Source: Malacoraja senta
Taxonomy: Eukaryota
DNA: 64,000 nucleotides
Assembly (NCBI GenBank): GCA_038087875.1
Contig: CM075990.1
Span: 4,528,001-4,592,000, forward strand
Direction of reading: 5' to 3'
Position 1 is the first letter of the stretch, and every line of letters starts with the position of its first letter. A model generated the notes under the pieces. It searched no databases, was not told the DNA's origin, and saw only the letters and a list, made by a program, of their open reading frames with translations. This document shows, piece by piece, positions 12,457 to 25,048 of the stretch. The position numbers and the translations under genes are program-made.

Positions 12457-12845
12457 CAAAGATCCTATAGCGAACAAGATAGTCCACTCGGCGAAAAATA
12501 CGTAGTACGGTCATGGGCGGATTCATGGGTAATTTTCGGCCCCATTTCCGTAACTGGCTTCCGTCTCCGCACCAAAGATCCCATAGCGGAGCAAAGATAA
12601 CTAGTGCGGAGACGGAAGCCGGTTACGGAAACATCCTCGTAAAAGTTATTTGGTAAAAATCTTCTCCACATTTTCAGAATTATAATTTATTAACACAAAC
12701 TGTTTCCCCGCAACGTTGATTACACTGCGAGTCGGGTCGGGTCGGGTTACTGAAATGGATGAAAAAAAGCCCAGGTTCGGCTCCGTTGCGTACTATACGT
12801 CAGCCCATTGCATTTAGCAGGAGTGGTCGATCTTGAGGATCTTTG
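12457..12845. mobile_element. hAT-type MITE, copy 1
   Basis: TIR CAAAGATCC...GGATCTTTG; degenerate 8-bp TSD gcctggac/gtctggag. Confidence 0.8.
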
Positions 12846-13407
12846 GTCTGGAGGAGGGTCCACACACAGGAGTGTCCAAGCTTGAAGACTCCTTCATAAG
12901 TTCATAAATGAAAGAAGCAGAATAAGGCCATTCGGCCCATCGAGTCTACTCCGCCATTCAATCCTGGCTGATCTATCTTTCCCTCTCAACCCCATTTTCC
13001 TGCCTTCTCCACTTCTCAAAGAAGGATCTCGACCCAAAATGTTCTCTCCAGAGATGCTGCCTGTTTTTGCGGAGTTACTCCAGCATTTTTGTCTATCTCC
13101 GGTTTAAACCAGAAACTGCAGTTCCTTCCCACGCACTTCTCTCCGTAACCCCTGACACCCGGACTAATCGAAAATCTGTCAATCTCCACCTTATAAATAT
13201 CCAGTGACTTGGCGTTCAATGCCGTCTGTAGCGATGAATCCCACAGATTCACCACCCTCTGACTAAAGACATTTCTCCTCATCTCCGTTGTGGAGGAACG
13301 TCCTTTTATTCTGAGGCCTAGACTGTCCCACTAGTGGACACATCCACTCTATCCGGGCCTACACGCATGCCCAGCCCATTGCCCAGATGCGTGTGATCAC
13401 CACCGAC

Positions 13408-13572
13408 CTGTTCTGCTCTCCTCCTCCTCCTCATCCCTCGAGTGGTTCCTTTTCTTCAGCTTGCTCAGAAGGTGGTGGAGGTTGCGGGAGAAGCCAGCGT
13501 TCACGGCGACCTGGTCCTGCTGCTGAAGCAGCTCCTGGTGCAGCCGCCAGCCCGTGGACATGGCAGGGCCCG
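13408..13572 (-). CDS. MMRN2: Multimerin-2 coding exon 5 (165 nt, phase 1-1)
   Basis: ctccttctcgctacag acceptor, GPAMSTGWRLHQELLQQQDQ...ESRT, donor G|gtcggt; phases fit both neighbours. Confidence 0.8.
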
Positions 13573-13959
13573 CTGTAGCGAGAAGGAGCAACGGTAAATA
13601 CACACAAACCTTGCAGGCAAAAGCCCACAGAGTTATTAGAGGGTGCAAACATGAAATAGAAACATAGAAAATAGGTGCAGGAGGAGGCCATTCGGTCCTT
13701 CGAGCCAGCACCGCCATTCATTGTGATCATGGCTGATCGTCCCCTATCAATAACCCGTGCCTGCCTTCTCCCCATATCCTTTGACTCCACTAGCCCCTAG
13801 AGCTCTATCTAACTCTCCCTTAAATCCATCCCAGTGTCTTGGCCTCCACTGCCCTCTGTGGCAGGGAATTAGATGGACAATTGCTGGAGATGGACTATTA
13901 TTGCCCTCAAATATTATCTTTCCTCTTTACACAACTGCAGCCGACTGCTGAATGGGCCG

Positions 13960-14041
13960 CTCTCTCTCACCATTTCTCTCTCTTTTCTTTCCTCCCTCTC
14001 ATTTAACTTTGCTCTCTTTACCTTCTCTCTCACCTCTCTCA

Positions 14042-14107
<66 letters not shown>

Positions 14108-14340
14108 TCTCTCTCTCTCCTCTCTCTCTCTCTCTCCCTCTCTCTCACCTCTCTCTCTCTCTCTCTCTCTCTCACACCTCTCTCTCTCTCTCTCTCTCTC
14201 TAACCCCCTCTCTCACCTCTCTCTCTCACTCTCTCACCTCTCTCTCTCACATCTCTCCTACCTTCTCTCACCTCCATCTATCGATCTTCTCTTTCACTCT
14301 CCTACCCTCTCCTCTCTCTCCTCTCTCTCTCTCCTCTTGC
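13960..14340. repeat. (CT)n low-complexity microsatellite
   Basis: Seen directly. Confidence 0.95.
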
Positions 14341-14464
14341 ACCTAGGAGTGAGAGGTGGGTGGGAGGAACGAGAGAGAGAGGGCAGAGCAGGGGGTGGGA
14401 GGGAGACTCTTCCCTCTGCAACTCCCTGGTTAACTCATCCCTTCCCACCTAAACCACCCCCTCC

Positions 14465-14970
14465 CCAGGTACCTACCCCTGCAACTGCAGGAGATGCAAC
14501 ACCTGTCCCTGTACCTCCTCCCTCGACTCTGTCCCGGGACCCCAACAGTCCTTTCAGCTTAGACAGAGGTTCACTTGCACCTCCTCCAACCTCATCTACT
14601 GTATCCGTGTTCAAGATGTGGATTCTTATACATCAGCGAGACCAAACGCAGACTGGGCGATCGTTTCGCTGAACACCTTCGTTCTGTCCGCCCTAAACCT
14701 ACCTGATCTCCCTGTTGCCAAACACTTTAACTCCCCGTCCCATTCCCACACTGACCTCTCTGTCCTGGGCCAAACACGAATTGGAGGAACAGCATCTCAT
14801 ATTTCGCTTGGGCAGCTTACAACCCAGTGCTATTGATATTGATTTCTCTAACTTCAAGTAACCCCAGCATTCCCTCTCCCTCCACCCCCCCCCCCCCCCA
14901 CCCAAGTTGCACCAGCTTCTCGTTCTCACCTAGCAAACAGCTAACAATGGGATGTTTCCTTTATCATCAT
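14465..14970 (+). mobile_element. Penelope-like element 3' fragment (GIY-YIG endonuclease)
   Basis: Degenerate PCNCRRCNTCP...RFTCTSSNLIYCI...YIxETKRRLGDRFAEHL...PVAKHFN; related pieces at 45940-46080, 46480-46645, 50460-50570. Confidence 0.85.
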
Positions 14971-15502
14971 TAAGAGAGAAGTAAAATGCAGGAAATGATT
15001 GGCTGGTCAGACAGACACATGGACATGTGGGGAATGGAGGGAATGGAGGATATGGATCCTGTTCAGGCAGAGGAGATGTGTTTAACGGCAAGATGTTTGA
15101 CATGGATAATATGGGCCTGTTTCTGCGTTCTATACCAAAGATAGACACTAAATATTGGAGTCTCAGCGGGTCAGGCAGCATCTCTGGAGAACAAGGATGG
15201 GTGATGTTTTGGTCGGGACCCTTCTTCAGACTGAGTGCCGGGGGAGAGGGGAACGAGAGATATGAAAAGGTACAAAGAGCGATGTTTGGGTCACGCTGCA
15301 TATCTGCATTGTGCCCGAGGCCCAGGCGTTCTCCAACGGCCTAATGCCACCTTCTGTGTGTGGCCCCCAAGCATTGTTCCACTGCCCTGTCCTACACAGT
15401 CTCCGGCCACTGGCATTTGCACACTTCCTCCTGTTTCCGGACCGTAGACAACGTGTTAAATGTTGGCCGTGATACAGCTGAGCGGAAGGCAACAGTCAGT
15501 AT

Positions 15503-15897
15503 CAAAGATCCTCTAGCGGAGCAAGATAGACCACTCCTGCTAAATGCAATGGGCTGACGTGTAGTACGCAACGGAGCGCAACGTGGGCCTTTTTTTCATC
15601 CATTTCAGTAACCCAACCCGACCCGACTCGCAGTGTAATCAACGTTGCGGGGGAACAGTTTGTGTTAATAAATTATAATTCTGAAAATGAGGAGAAGATT
15701 TTTACCAAAGAACTTTTATTTTTACGAGGATGTTTCCGTAACCGGCTTCCGTCTCCGCACTAGTATCCTATGGGATCTTTGGTGCGGAGACGGAAGCCGG
15801 TTACGGAAATGGGGCCTTAAATTACCCATGATTCTGCCCATGACCGTACTTCGTCTTTTTCGTCCAGTGATCTATCTTGCTCGCTATGGGATCTTTG
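15503..15897. mobile_element. hAT-type MITE, copy 2
   Basis: About 26-bp TIRs; TSD gtcagtat/atcagtat. Confidence 0.85.
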
Positions 15898-16190
15898 ATC
15901 AGTATCTTGGTTCAAGTGTTGAAGAGGGGTGAGAACATTGTTGAGTGTTGTACCAGGCTGGGGCACATAATCAATTTGTCCCATTCAAGGTGTGGAGACC
16001 ATTTTGTGTCGAGCACTTTGCGCCTCTGTTAACGCGAGGTTGGGAAGTCCTGGATACTTGGTGTTACTCTTGTGGTTCCTGTTTGAAGCCAGTGCTGGTC
16101 ATTCTGGGGCAGAGGGAGGGATGGGGAGGAAATGTTCGTCAGTAATATAAACAAGGTCAGGTACCATTGTTCTGCTGAGACATAACTTAC

Positions 16191-16259
16191 TTGGATCAAC
16201 GACCTCTTCAGTCACTTGCCCGCTCTCCGGTGCCTGGCCCAGCGATGTTGCCGTGGGAA
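16191..16259 (-). CDS. MMRN2: Multimerin-2 coding exon 4 (69 nt, phase 1-1)
   Basis: ttgtcccccag acceptor, VPTATSLGQAPESGQVTEEVVDP, donor A|gtaagt; phases fit. Confidence 0.75.
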
Positions 16260-17089
16260 CTGGGGGACAACGCAACAGTTAAAACCAGGTGGAGAAGCAA
16301 GATACTGCAGATGGACACAAAATGGTGGAGTAACTCAGCGGGACAGGCAGCATCTCTGGAGAAAAAAGTGACGTTTCGAAGGTAGAGACCCTTCTTCGGA
16401 CTGAGAGTCAGGGGAGAGGGAAACTAGAGGTACGAAAAGGTGCAGAACAAATCCGAGGCCTGCTCCAATGACCAAGGAATGGCGGAGCCCACAATGGTCC
16501 ATTGTTGGCTGTGGAAGTGGTGATAAGGAAGGATCTATGGATGCAACCAGTGGAACTGGCAGGAGAACTAGGATGGCGAGAGAGAGAGAGGGGAATGCAG
16601 GGGTTACTTAAAATGAGTGAAATCAAGAGTCACACTGCTGGGTTGTAAGGCTGGCCAAGCGGAATATGCTGGTGTATAAAAAAGATACTGGAGTAGCTCA
16701 GCGGGTCAGGCAGCATCCCTGGAGAACGTGGATAGGTGACGTTTTAGGCCGGGACCCTTCTTCAGACTGAGTGCGCGGAGGGGTGGGGTGGTGAGGAGAA
16801 AGCTGGAAGTGCCAGTGAGCCCGGGAATGGTGCTGCTACACGTCGCAATTAAGCACCAGCTCCGAAGCTGCTTTATTTGTCACACGGGCCACTGCACAGT
16901 GAAATTGTTTTTCATTATATGCCATAAGACATAAACCATTCGGCCCATCGAGTCAGCTCTGCACCAGAGTCACTGAATGATAAGACCAGCAAACATTTGT
17001 CGATGCCACCACGTGGCGACATGCACTGCCTCAGTTGATGCGAAACAAAGCTTTTACCTGCACCCAGCTAACCTAGGTACATGTGACAA

Positions 17090-17134
17090 TGTTCTTTCTT
17101 TCTTTCTCTCTCTCTCTCTCTCTCCCCCTCTCCT

Positions 17135-17184
<50 letters not shown>

Positions 17185-17450
17185 TTCCTTCTCTCTCCTT
17201 CCTTCTCTCTCTCTCTCTCTCTCTCTCCCTTCTCTCTCTCTCTTCTCTCTCTCCTTCCTTCTCTCTCTCTCTCTTTCCTTCTCTCTCCTTCTCTCCTCTC
17301 CTTCTCTCCTCTCCTTCCTTCCTTCCTCCTTTCCTTCTTTTCCATCCTTTCTATCTTTTCTTCCCTCCTTCTTCCCTCCCTCCTCCCTCCTCCTTCCTTC
17401 CTTCCCTCCTTCTTCCCTCCCTCCTTCCTTCCTTCCTTCCCTCCCTCACC
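17090..17450. repeat. (CT)n/(CCTT)n microsatellite
   Basis: Seen directly. Confidence 0.95.
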
Positions 17451-17510
17451 CAGGAGGTTTCCACACTCCACCCCCCTGTCCCCACTGTGGGTGCTGCCAC
17501 CTCTGCCTAC

Positions 17511-17616
17511 CTGTATCTTCACAGTTGGCTCCCATGTGCCCAGGGCAACACCTCCACTCCAGGGCGGTGATGATCATCTGCTTCACTTTGTACATGGGTT
17601 CAGAGCCAGCTGGTAC
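17511..17616 (-). CDS. MMRN2: Multimerin-2 coding exon 3 (EMI domain C-half; apparent -1 frameshift at 17596-17600)
   Basis: YQLAL/PMYKVKQMIITALEWRCCPGHMGANCEDT carries the EMI WRCCPG motif; ctccttgcag acceptor, G|gtaggc donor. Confidence 0.92.
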
Positions 17617-17726
17617 CTGCAAGGAGAGGCCACCACTGTTATTCTGCTGCCCGGTGGTGGGTACAACCTCGACGTGGGCACGAGGTGCCGTCACTGGGCT
17701 TGACTTCACCCATGGGAAGGTTTGCA

Positions 17727-18010
17727 TTAGTTTAGTTTAGAGGGAACAGCGCGGAAACAGGCCATCGGCTCACCGAATCCGCACCGACCAGCGACCACAG
17801 TCCTATACACGAGCGACAATTTACAATCACAAAGTCAATCAACCTACAACCCTGTTGGTTTGTGGGTGGAAACTGGAGCACCCGGAGCAAAAACCCACGC
17901 AGGTCACGGGGAGAACATACAACTCTGTACAGACAGCACCCGTAGTCAGGATCGAACCCGGGTCTCTGGCGCTGTGAGGCAGCAACTCTACCGCTGTGCC
18001 ACTGTGCCAC
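17727..18010 (-). mobile_element. HE1-like SINE in MMRN2 intron 2
   Basis: Reverse complement of the SINE pattern. Confidence 0.85.
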
Positions 18011-18076
18011 AAATCCCACGAAATTCCCATCCCATCCTGGTCTAACAGCTTCCTTTCCCTGCGGCTCCCTACTTAC

Positions 18077-18200
18077 ACGGCGTGTTGGCAGTTGCCCATT
18101 TCATTGCTGCAGGGCTCCATGGACCCTCTGGACAAAACGCTCCACTCCGCACGAAATCACAGAGGTGGACAACCTGGACCTCACGAACGCGCACCAGTTC
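18077..18200 (-). CDS. MMRN2: Multimerin-2 coding exon 2 (EMI domain N-half; apparent +1 frameshift at 18124-18126)
   Basis: NWCAFVRSRLSTSVISCGVERFVQR/SMEPCSNEMGNCQHAV; gcctttcag acceptor, gtaagt donor. Confidence 0.9.
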
Positions 18201-18241
18201 CTGAAAGGCAGATCGAGAAAGGGAGTGTCAACAGTTCAACT

Positions 18242-18529
18242 CTGCTGTTTGGTTTGGAGATACAACGTTGAAATTGGTCCATGCCGACCCTGATCACCCA
18301 TACACTAGTTCTACCCCACACACTGCGGGCAATTTACAGAAGCCAATTAACCTACAAACCTGCGCGTCTTTGGAGTGTGGGAGGAAACCGGAGCACACGG
18401 AGGAAAAAACCCACGCAGACACACGGAGAACGTACAAACTCCGTACAGACAGCACCCGTGGTCAGGATGGAATCTGGGTCTCTGGCGCTGTGAGGCAGAG
18501 GCTCTATCTCTGTGCCACCGTGCCACCCC
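18242..18529 (-). mobile_element. HE1-like SINE
   Basis: Reverse complement of the SINE pattern. Confidence 0.8.
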
Positions 18530-19562
18530 TAATGTCTGCTGACATCCTAATGCCCCTGAAGGAAGTAACTCTGATGTCCTCTATTGGGTCTGACCTGGAC
18601 AAGATTCACAACTCCAAACAGTTGGCGAGCTGCAGGAGAATAAGAGGAGTTGATCGGTCTGTGGTAGAGATCGTGGCACAGGGAAATGAGCAGGGGAAGG
18701 GGATTAATGCGAGTGCTTGCATCGCCTCGATGGTCTGAATGGCCTCCTCCTATCTCATAAGAAAACCGAAAATATAATGCAAAATAAAGAAGACCACATC
18801 TACGCTGCCTCGGCAAGGTCACCAGCAGCAACAAGGACCAGTCTCACTCCCTCTTCTCCCCTCTCCCATCAGACAAGAGGTACAGAGGTGTGAAAACGCA
18901 CACCTCCAGATTCAGGGACAGTTTCTTCCCCAGCTGTTATCAGGCAACTGAACTGTCCTCTCATTAGCTAGAGAGTGGACCCGACCTCCCATCTACCTCA
19001 TTCGAGACCTTTGAAACTATCTCAAATCTGACTTTTTTGGACGTTATCTTGCACTAAACGTTATTCCCCTTTATCCTGCAAAGAACTGCAGATGCTGGAA
19101 AAATCGAAGGTTGACAAAAGTGCTGGAGAAACTCAGCGGGTGAGGCAGCATCTATGGAGCGAAGGAAATAGGCAACAATTCGGGTCGAGACCCTTCTTCA
19201 GACTGATCTGTATCTGTACACTGGACAGCTTGAATGTAAACATGTGTAGTCGTTTCACTGACTGGATAGCACGCAACAAAAAAAATTTCACTGTATCTTG
19301 CTACACGTGACAATAATAAGCCAAAATAAAATACACTGTTAAAGTAACATAGTTAAGGTCACAGAAGCTGAAGAATTGTTCTGCATTCTCCAGTAATTGA
19401 AAAGGAATCATAATTCACGCAACAGGAAAGCGGAGACAGCCTGCTAATGAGTTCCTTTTATTTATAGACGTTTGTTTATCAGTGGTCGAGGTATTGTCGA
19501 TTGGCTCTGTCACTACAGTCTGGTTGCCAACATTTGCGTAAAGGACAGGTGATGGTGGAACG

Positions 19563-19869
19563 TTAGACTTTAGATTTTAGACTTTAGAGAGACGACATGG
19601 AAACAGCCCATTGCCCCACCGAGTCCATGCCAGCCGTACATGAGCACCATCCTGCACGTTTGGGACCGTTTACAATTTTTGCCAAAGCCAATTAACCGAC
19701 AAACCTGCACGTCTTTGGAGTGTGGGAGGAAACCGGAGGAAACCCATGCAGTCACGGGAGAACGTACAAACTCCGTACAGACAGCACCCGTAGTCAGGAT
19801 CGTAGTCAGAGACTTGGGTCTCTGGTACTGTAAGGCAGCAACTCTACCGCTGCGCCACCATGCCGCCCC
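19563..19869 (-). mobile_element. HE1-like SINE
   Basis: Reverse complement of the SINE pattern. Confidence 0.8.
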
Positions 19870-20851
19870 AACCTGTTCAGCCCCACTGGGATGAGCCTTT
19901 CTCCATAGGCGGCCACTGGATGTGATCAGTAAGTCCTTGGGTCAGTTGGGTGGATGTGGACAGATGATCTCTGCAGAATTCTGCTCACAGACCACCCACC
20001 CCCCCCACCCTCTCTCCTCACCCCAACAACATCCACTCTCCCTCCCACCCTCCTCCCATCCCACTCTCCCACACAATCTCCCTCCACAACCTCGCTCCCC
20101 CCTCACTTGGAGCAGCGGTAGGGTCTCGGTGCTGGGATGGGGTGGTGCTGAGGGTGAGGTTTGTTGCTCAGAGTGAGGAGGTGGGTCTTGTGGATTAGTG
20201 CTGGGGTGGTGGTCTCATGTGGGTGGGGTGGGGGGGGGGTGCGGGTCTTAATGCAGGCTTGGGCTCTTGTGTTAGCAGAGCAGGTTTCCAAAGCTCCTCG
20301 CTGAGAGAATCACTGCCTGGTGAGTCCCATTGGTGTAGAATTAGGCCATTCGCCCATCAAGTCTACCCTGCCATTCAATCACGGCTGATCTATCTCTCCC
20401 TCCTAACCCATTCTCCTGCCTTCTCCCCATAACCTCTGACACCCGCACTAATCAAGAATCTGTCTATCTCTGCCCTAAAATATCCACTGACTTGACCTCC
20501 ACAGCTCTATGGCAAGAATTCCACAGATTCACCGCCCTCTGAGTAAAGAGGGCCATTTAATGGCAAGTCCGAGACCTCTGTAAAATCCAGTCCATTGTTT
20601 CTTTCTTGCCCCAGTTCTCAGTCTCAAGCGATTATAGTTGCTAGACTCTGTCAACATTTTGGGTTGAGACCCTTCATCAAGACTGTCTACTATATATTGC
20701 CTCCACAGCCAGCATCACCAGACACCCACACCGCCCCGACCACACACTTATTTCACTCCTGCCATTAGGAAGAAAATATAAGGAGTCTGAAAACTGTAAC
20801 GTCCAATCTCAGGAGCAGCTTCTTCCCTGCAATCATCAGGCTACAAATTAA

Positions 20852-21161
20852 GGACGGCATGATGGCGCAGCGGTAGAGTTGCTGCCTCACAGCGCCAGCG
20901 ACCCGGGTTCGATCCTGACTACGGGTGCTGTCTTTGCGGAGTTTGTACGTCCTCCCTGTAACCGCGTGGGTTTTCTCCGCATGCTACGGTTTCCTCCCAC
21001 ACTCCAAAGACGCACAGGTTTGTAGGTTAGCCGGAGTCCGTGAATTACCCCTGAGGTGTAGGATCGTGCTAGTGTATGGGGCTATCACTGATCCAAGCGG
21101 ACTTGGGGCCGAAGGGCCTGTTTCCACGCTGGGTCTCTAACTGAACTAAATCAAACTAAAC
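20852..21161 (+). mobile_element. HE1-like SINE
   Basis: tRNA-like head, V-domain, tail. Confidence 0.85.
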
Positions 21162-21394
21162 ATTAACACGACTGCAGAGTTCTCTCGTACAGACCAGGAT
21201 GCTCTAGTCTTTACTCCATCAAGACCCACAACTGGCCGTCCCTGATCCCAGCAGGTTGTGTGTCCAGGGTCCAGAGAGCAGGCCCAGTGTGGCTGCAGGA
21301 GGAGCAGTGTCCGGATGGGGTGGACTGCCGGAGGGGTTGGAAACATCGTTAGTGTTTGCACCCAGTCACCATGAGGCGGATTTGCACAAGTTCA

Positions 21395-21905
21395 CAATTT
21401 ATAGGAGTAGAATTAGGCCATTCGGCCCATCAAGTCTACTCCGCAATTCAATCAAGTCTACTCCGCCCAATCCCATTTTCCTGCCTTCTCCCCGTAACTC
21501 TTGACGCCCGTTCTAATCAAGAATGTGTCTATCTCTGCCTTAAAAATATCCACTGACTTGGCCTCCACAGCCCTCTGTGGCAATGAGTTCCACAGATTAA
21601 CTACCCACTGACTAAAGACATTCCTCCTCACCTCCTTTCTGCAAGAGCGTCCTTTAATTCTGAGGCTGTGACCTCTGGTCCTGGACTCTCCCACCAGTGG
21701 AAACATCCTTTCCACATCCACTCTATCTATGCCTTTTATCATTCTGTAAGTTTCAATGAGGTCCCCCCTCAACCTTCTAAACTCCAGCGAGTACAGGCCC
21801 AGTGCTGTCAAACGCTCATCATACGCTAACTCTCTTATTCCTGGGATCATTCTTGTAAACCTCCTCTGGGCCCTCTCCAGAGCCCAGCACATCCTTCCTC
21901 AGATG
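21395..21905 (-). mobile_element. CR1 3' fragment
   Basis: ERAQRRFTRMIPG...LYSLEFRRLRGDLIETY. Confidence 0.88.
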
Positions 21906-22743
21906 TTCCTCAGACTGACTGCGGCCCTGAATCGAGGCTGATCCCCAGCCGTCTGTTCTGTCTGTTCATCTCCTTCCGCTGTTTGCACGGACACTTTGAT
22001 CTCCCCTTGTTTGTCAACCTCCTGTCCTTGCAGCAAACCCTCCCGGCCCTGGCTCTCTGCTTATCCTCAAGACTGCACTTAGTCATAGTCATAGAATGTG
22101 GAAACAGGCCCTTCGGCCCAACTCGCCCACACCGGCCAACAATGTCCCAGCTACACTAGTCCCACCTGCCTGCGCTTGGTCCATATCCCTGCAACCTGTC
22201 CCATCCATGTACCTGTCCAACTGTTTCTTAAACGATTGGGATAGTCCCAGCCTCAAACTACCTCCTCTGGCAGCTTGTTCCATACACCCGCCACCCTCTG
22301 TGTGAAAAAAGTTACCCTTCAAATTCCCATTTAATCTTTTCCACTTCAACTTGAACCTATGTCCTCTGGTCCTCGATTCCCCTACTCTGGGTAAAAGTCT
22401 CTGTGCATCTACCCGATCTAATCCTCTCATGATTTTGTACACCCCTACAAGATCTATAGTATAGTACTTGTGCAGGGCTTTGGTGCGAGTTTGTCTCAAG
22501 TTAATGCTCACGCCTGCTCCAGGGTACAGTGAGAAGCTTTTTGTTGTGTGCCAACCAGTTAGCGGAAAGACAATACATGATTACAATCGAGCCATTTACA
22601 GTGAAAAGGTACGGGATGAAGAGAATGACGTTTAACGCAAGATAAAGCCAGTAAAGTCCGATCGAAGATAGTCCGAGGGTCTCCCATGAGGTAGATGGTG
22701 CCTCAGGGAGCGGGGACCGCGTGGAGGAAGGTGTTACACTTGC

Positions 22744-23038
22744 CTGTCCGGTGGAGATCGGAAGGGTCCGCGTGCCACCTGGTGATAGACGTGGGTCTGC
22801 GGGAGGAATGGGAAGCGGTGGTGCGATGGAGGAGACGGGGTTGGCTGGTTCCCCGAACCACCTCGTAGCCCCAGCCTTCCACCCGGGTCTCCGCACCCCC
22901 TCCCATCCTCTCCCGCCCTTCCCCCAATCCCGCCTCGTTGCTCAAGACATCCTTGTCTCCGGAGTCGGGAGTCGCCTGGATTTCCTTCGACCAAACCGGA
23001 GCCAGGGATAAGGAAACAACGATGAATTGGAGAATCAT
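22744..23038 (-). CDS. MMRN2: Multimerin-2 coding exon 1 (signal peptide)
   Basis: ATG at 23038 begins the hydrophobic MILQFIVVSLSLAPVWS; 3' boundary uncertain (GC donor AG|gcaagt at 22743, or a weak GT donor 4 nt further on). Confidence 0.72.
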
Positions 23039-23249
23039 TTCCTCTCCGTTGATGCCCCGGTCCCGGTCTCTCTGGGCGAGAATGAGCAAGGGGTTGCTGC
23101 AAATCCCCCCCCCACCACCCCCCCTCCCCCCACCCAGCCACCTCCCTCCCCACACCCCTGAACGAACGGTAGCTGAAGGGAGAATCAGACGCCACCAGCC
23201 CCGTGTCCCTGCAAAGCCTCTGGGAACAAAGAGCATCTGAGCCAAGTCC

Positions 23250-23400
23250 ACCAGCCCCAAAGGAAGCGGCTAGTTGTCGGTGCCACCTCCACTCTGGTGA
23301 AGCTCAGCAACAAGCTCAGCAACAAGGTCAACATCTCAGCGCAGGAAGAGGAAGTCTCCACGAACGATAAATAACTATTATTTTCCCACTGGGCTCACAT
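23250..23400 (-). promoter_or_regulatory. Candidate MMRN2 proximal promoter with clustered ETS-type GGAA motifs
   Basis: aggaagc near 23261, caggaagaggaagt near 23342-23355 and a GATAA just upstream of exon 1; motif matches only. Confidence 0.3.
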
Positions 23401-24732
23401 GGGGATGGGCGGGAAGAGAGCACACAATCCGCTCCACCGGGCTTCACCGAAACAAGCTCCATTGTATTTCTAGATATTGTTTGACTCCAAGAATTTTTTT
23501 TTTTTTTAAAGGTGAACTGGTTTTTAGACTGTGCTGGATTTGTTGTTGCATTGGCCCAACAGGTGCTTCCTTCATTGTCCTTGAGTTTACTGGCAGGACT
23601 GGCCGGTTACAGGGAGTGTTAAAGGGCAGACAATGGACAATAGGTGCAGGAGTAGGCCATTCGGCCCTTCGAGCCAGCACCGCCATTCAATGTGATCATG
23701 GCTGATCATCCCCAATCAGTATCCCGTTCCTGCCTTCTCCCCATATCCCCTGACTCCGCTATTTTTAAGCCCTATCTAGCTCTCTCTTGAAAGTATCCAG
23801 AGAACCTGCCTCCACCGCCCTCTGAGGCAGAGAATTCCACAGACTCACAAATCTCTGGGAGGAAAAGTGTTTCCTCGTCTCCGTTCTAAATGGCTTACCC
23901 CTTTTATTCTTAATCTGTGGCCCCTGTTTCTGGACTCCCCCAACATCGGGAACATGTTTCCTGCTAGTGGGGCAGTGGGGGGGAGGGGCAGGTTGTGGGA
24001 CTGTGGGGCGGGTGAGGTTCTGGGTAAGTGACAGGGCTGTGGGGCAGACAGAGGCTGTGGGTGGGGCAGTGGTGATGGGGCCGAAGCGCACACAGTGGGC
24101 CGAACGGCCTCTGAGGTCTCGAGTCTAAAAGACTGAAGTCGTGCGCTGAGGGCCAAATTGTGGGCTATGGGAGGGGGGGAAGGGGGCAGGGAGGGTGTGG
24201 GGCGTGGAGGGCATTGGGGCAGTGGGTCTGTCCAGTCACTGGGTCTGTTACCAACCCAGCTTGTGGGGAAATGAAGCTTCCATTCAATGCTGATCTACAA
24301 GGGAGATTACAGATACAGCATGGAACAGGCCCTTCGGGTCCGTGCCAACCAGGGATCACCCGTTCACCCTGGTTCTTCGTTATTCCACTTCTCATCGACC
24401 CCCCCACAAACAAGGGGCCAATTAACCCACAAACCCGTATATCTTTGGGATGTGGGATGAAACCGGAGCACCCGGAGGAAACCCATGTGCAAATTCCCAG
24501 GATTGAACCGGGTCTCTGGCGCTGTGAGGCAGGCAACTCCACCCCGCTGCGCAACTCTGCCGCCCGTCCTTTTGGGAGAATTACCCGCAGACAGCTCTCA
24601 ACTCTCCTGGGACCAGGGCCTAACCTACTTTAGTTTAGATCTCCGTGCTGATCCGCGCTAATCCCCAGGGATAATCCGGTAAAGTCTCACCCAAACATCG
24701 CCGGGATGCCAAAGATTATGTGAAGCAATGAA

Positions 24733-25048
24733 GTTTAAATTTAGTTCAGAGATTCCAGCACGGAAACAGGCCCTTCGGCCCACCGAGTCCCTGCCGACCA
24801 GCGATCCCCGCACACTAACGCTATCCTACACACACTAGGGACAATTTTACATTTACACCAAGCCAATTAACCTACAAAACCTGCACATCTTTGAGTGTGG
24901 GAGAACCGAAGATCTCGGAGAAACCCACGCAGGTCACGGGAGAACGTACAAACTCCACACAGGCAGCACCCGTAGTCGGGATCGAACCCGGGTCTCTGCG
25001 CTGCATGGACTGTAAGGCAGTAACTCTACCGCTGCGCCACAGTGCCTC
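24733..25048 (-). mobile_element. HE1-like SINE
   Basis: Reverse complement of the SINE pattern. Confidence 0.85.

Noticed and set aside
18101..18103. In-frame TGA in the spliced MMRN2 frame read as selenocysteine or readthrough
   Set aside because: The conserved EMI cysteines lie in the other frame between the two indels, so frameshifts explain it better.
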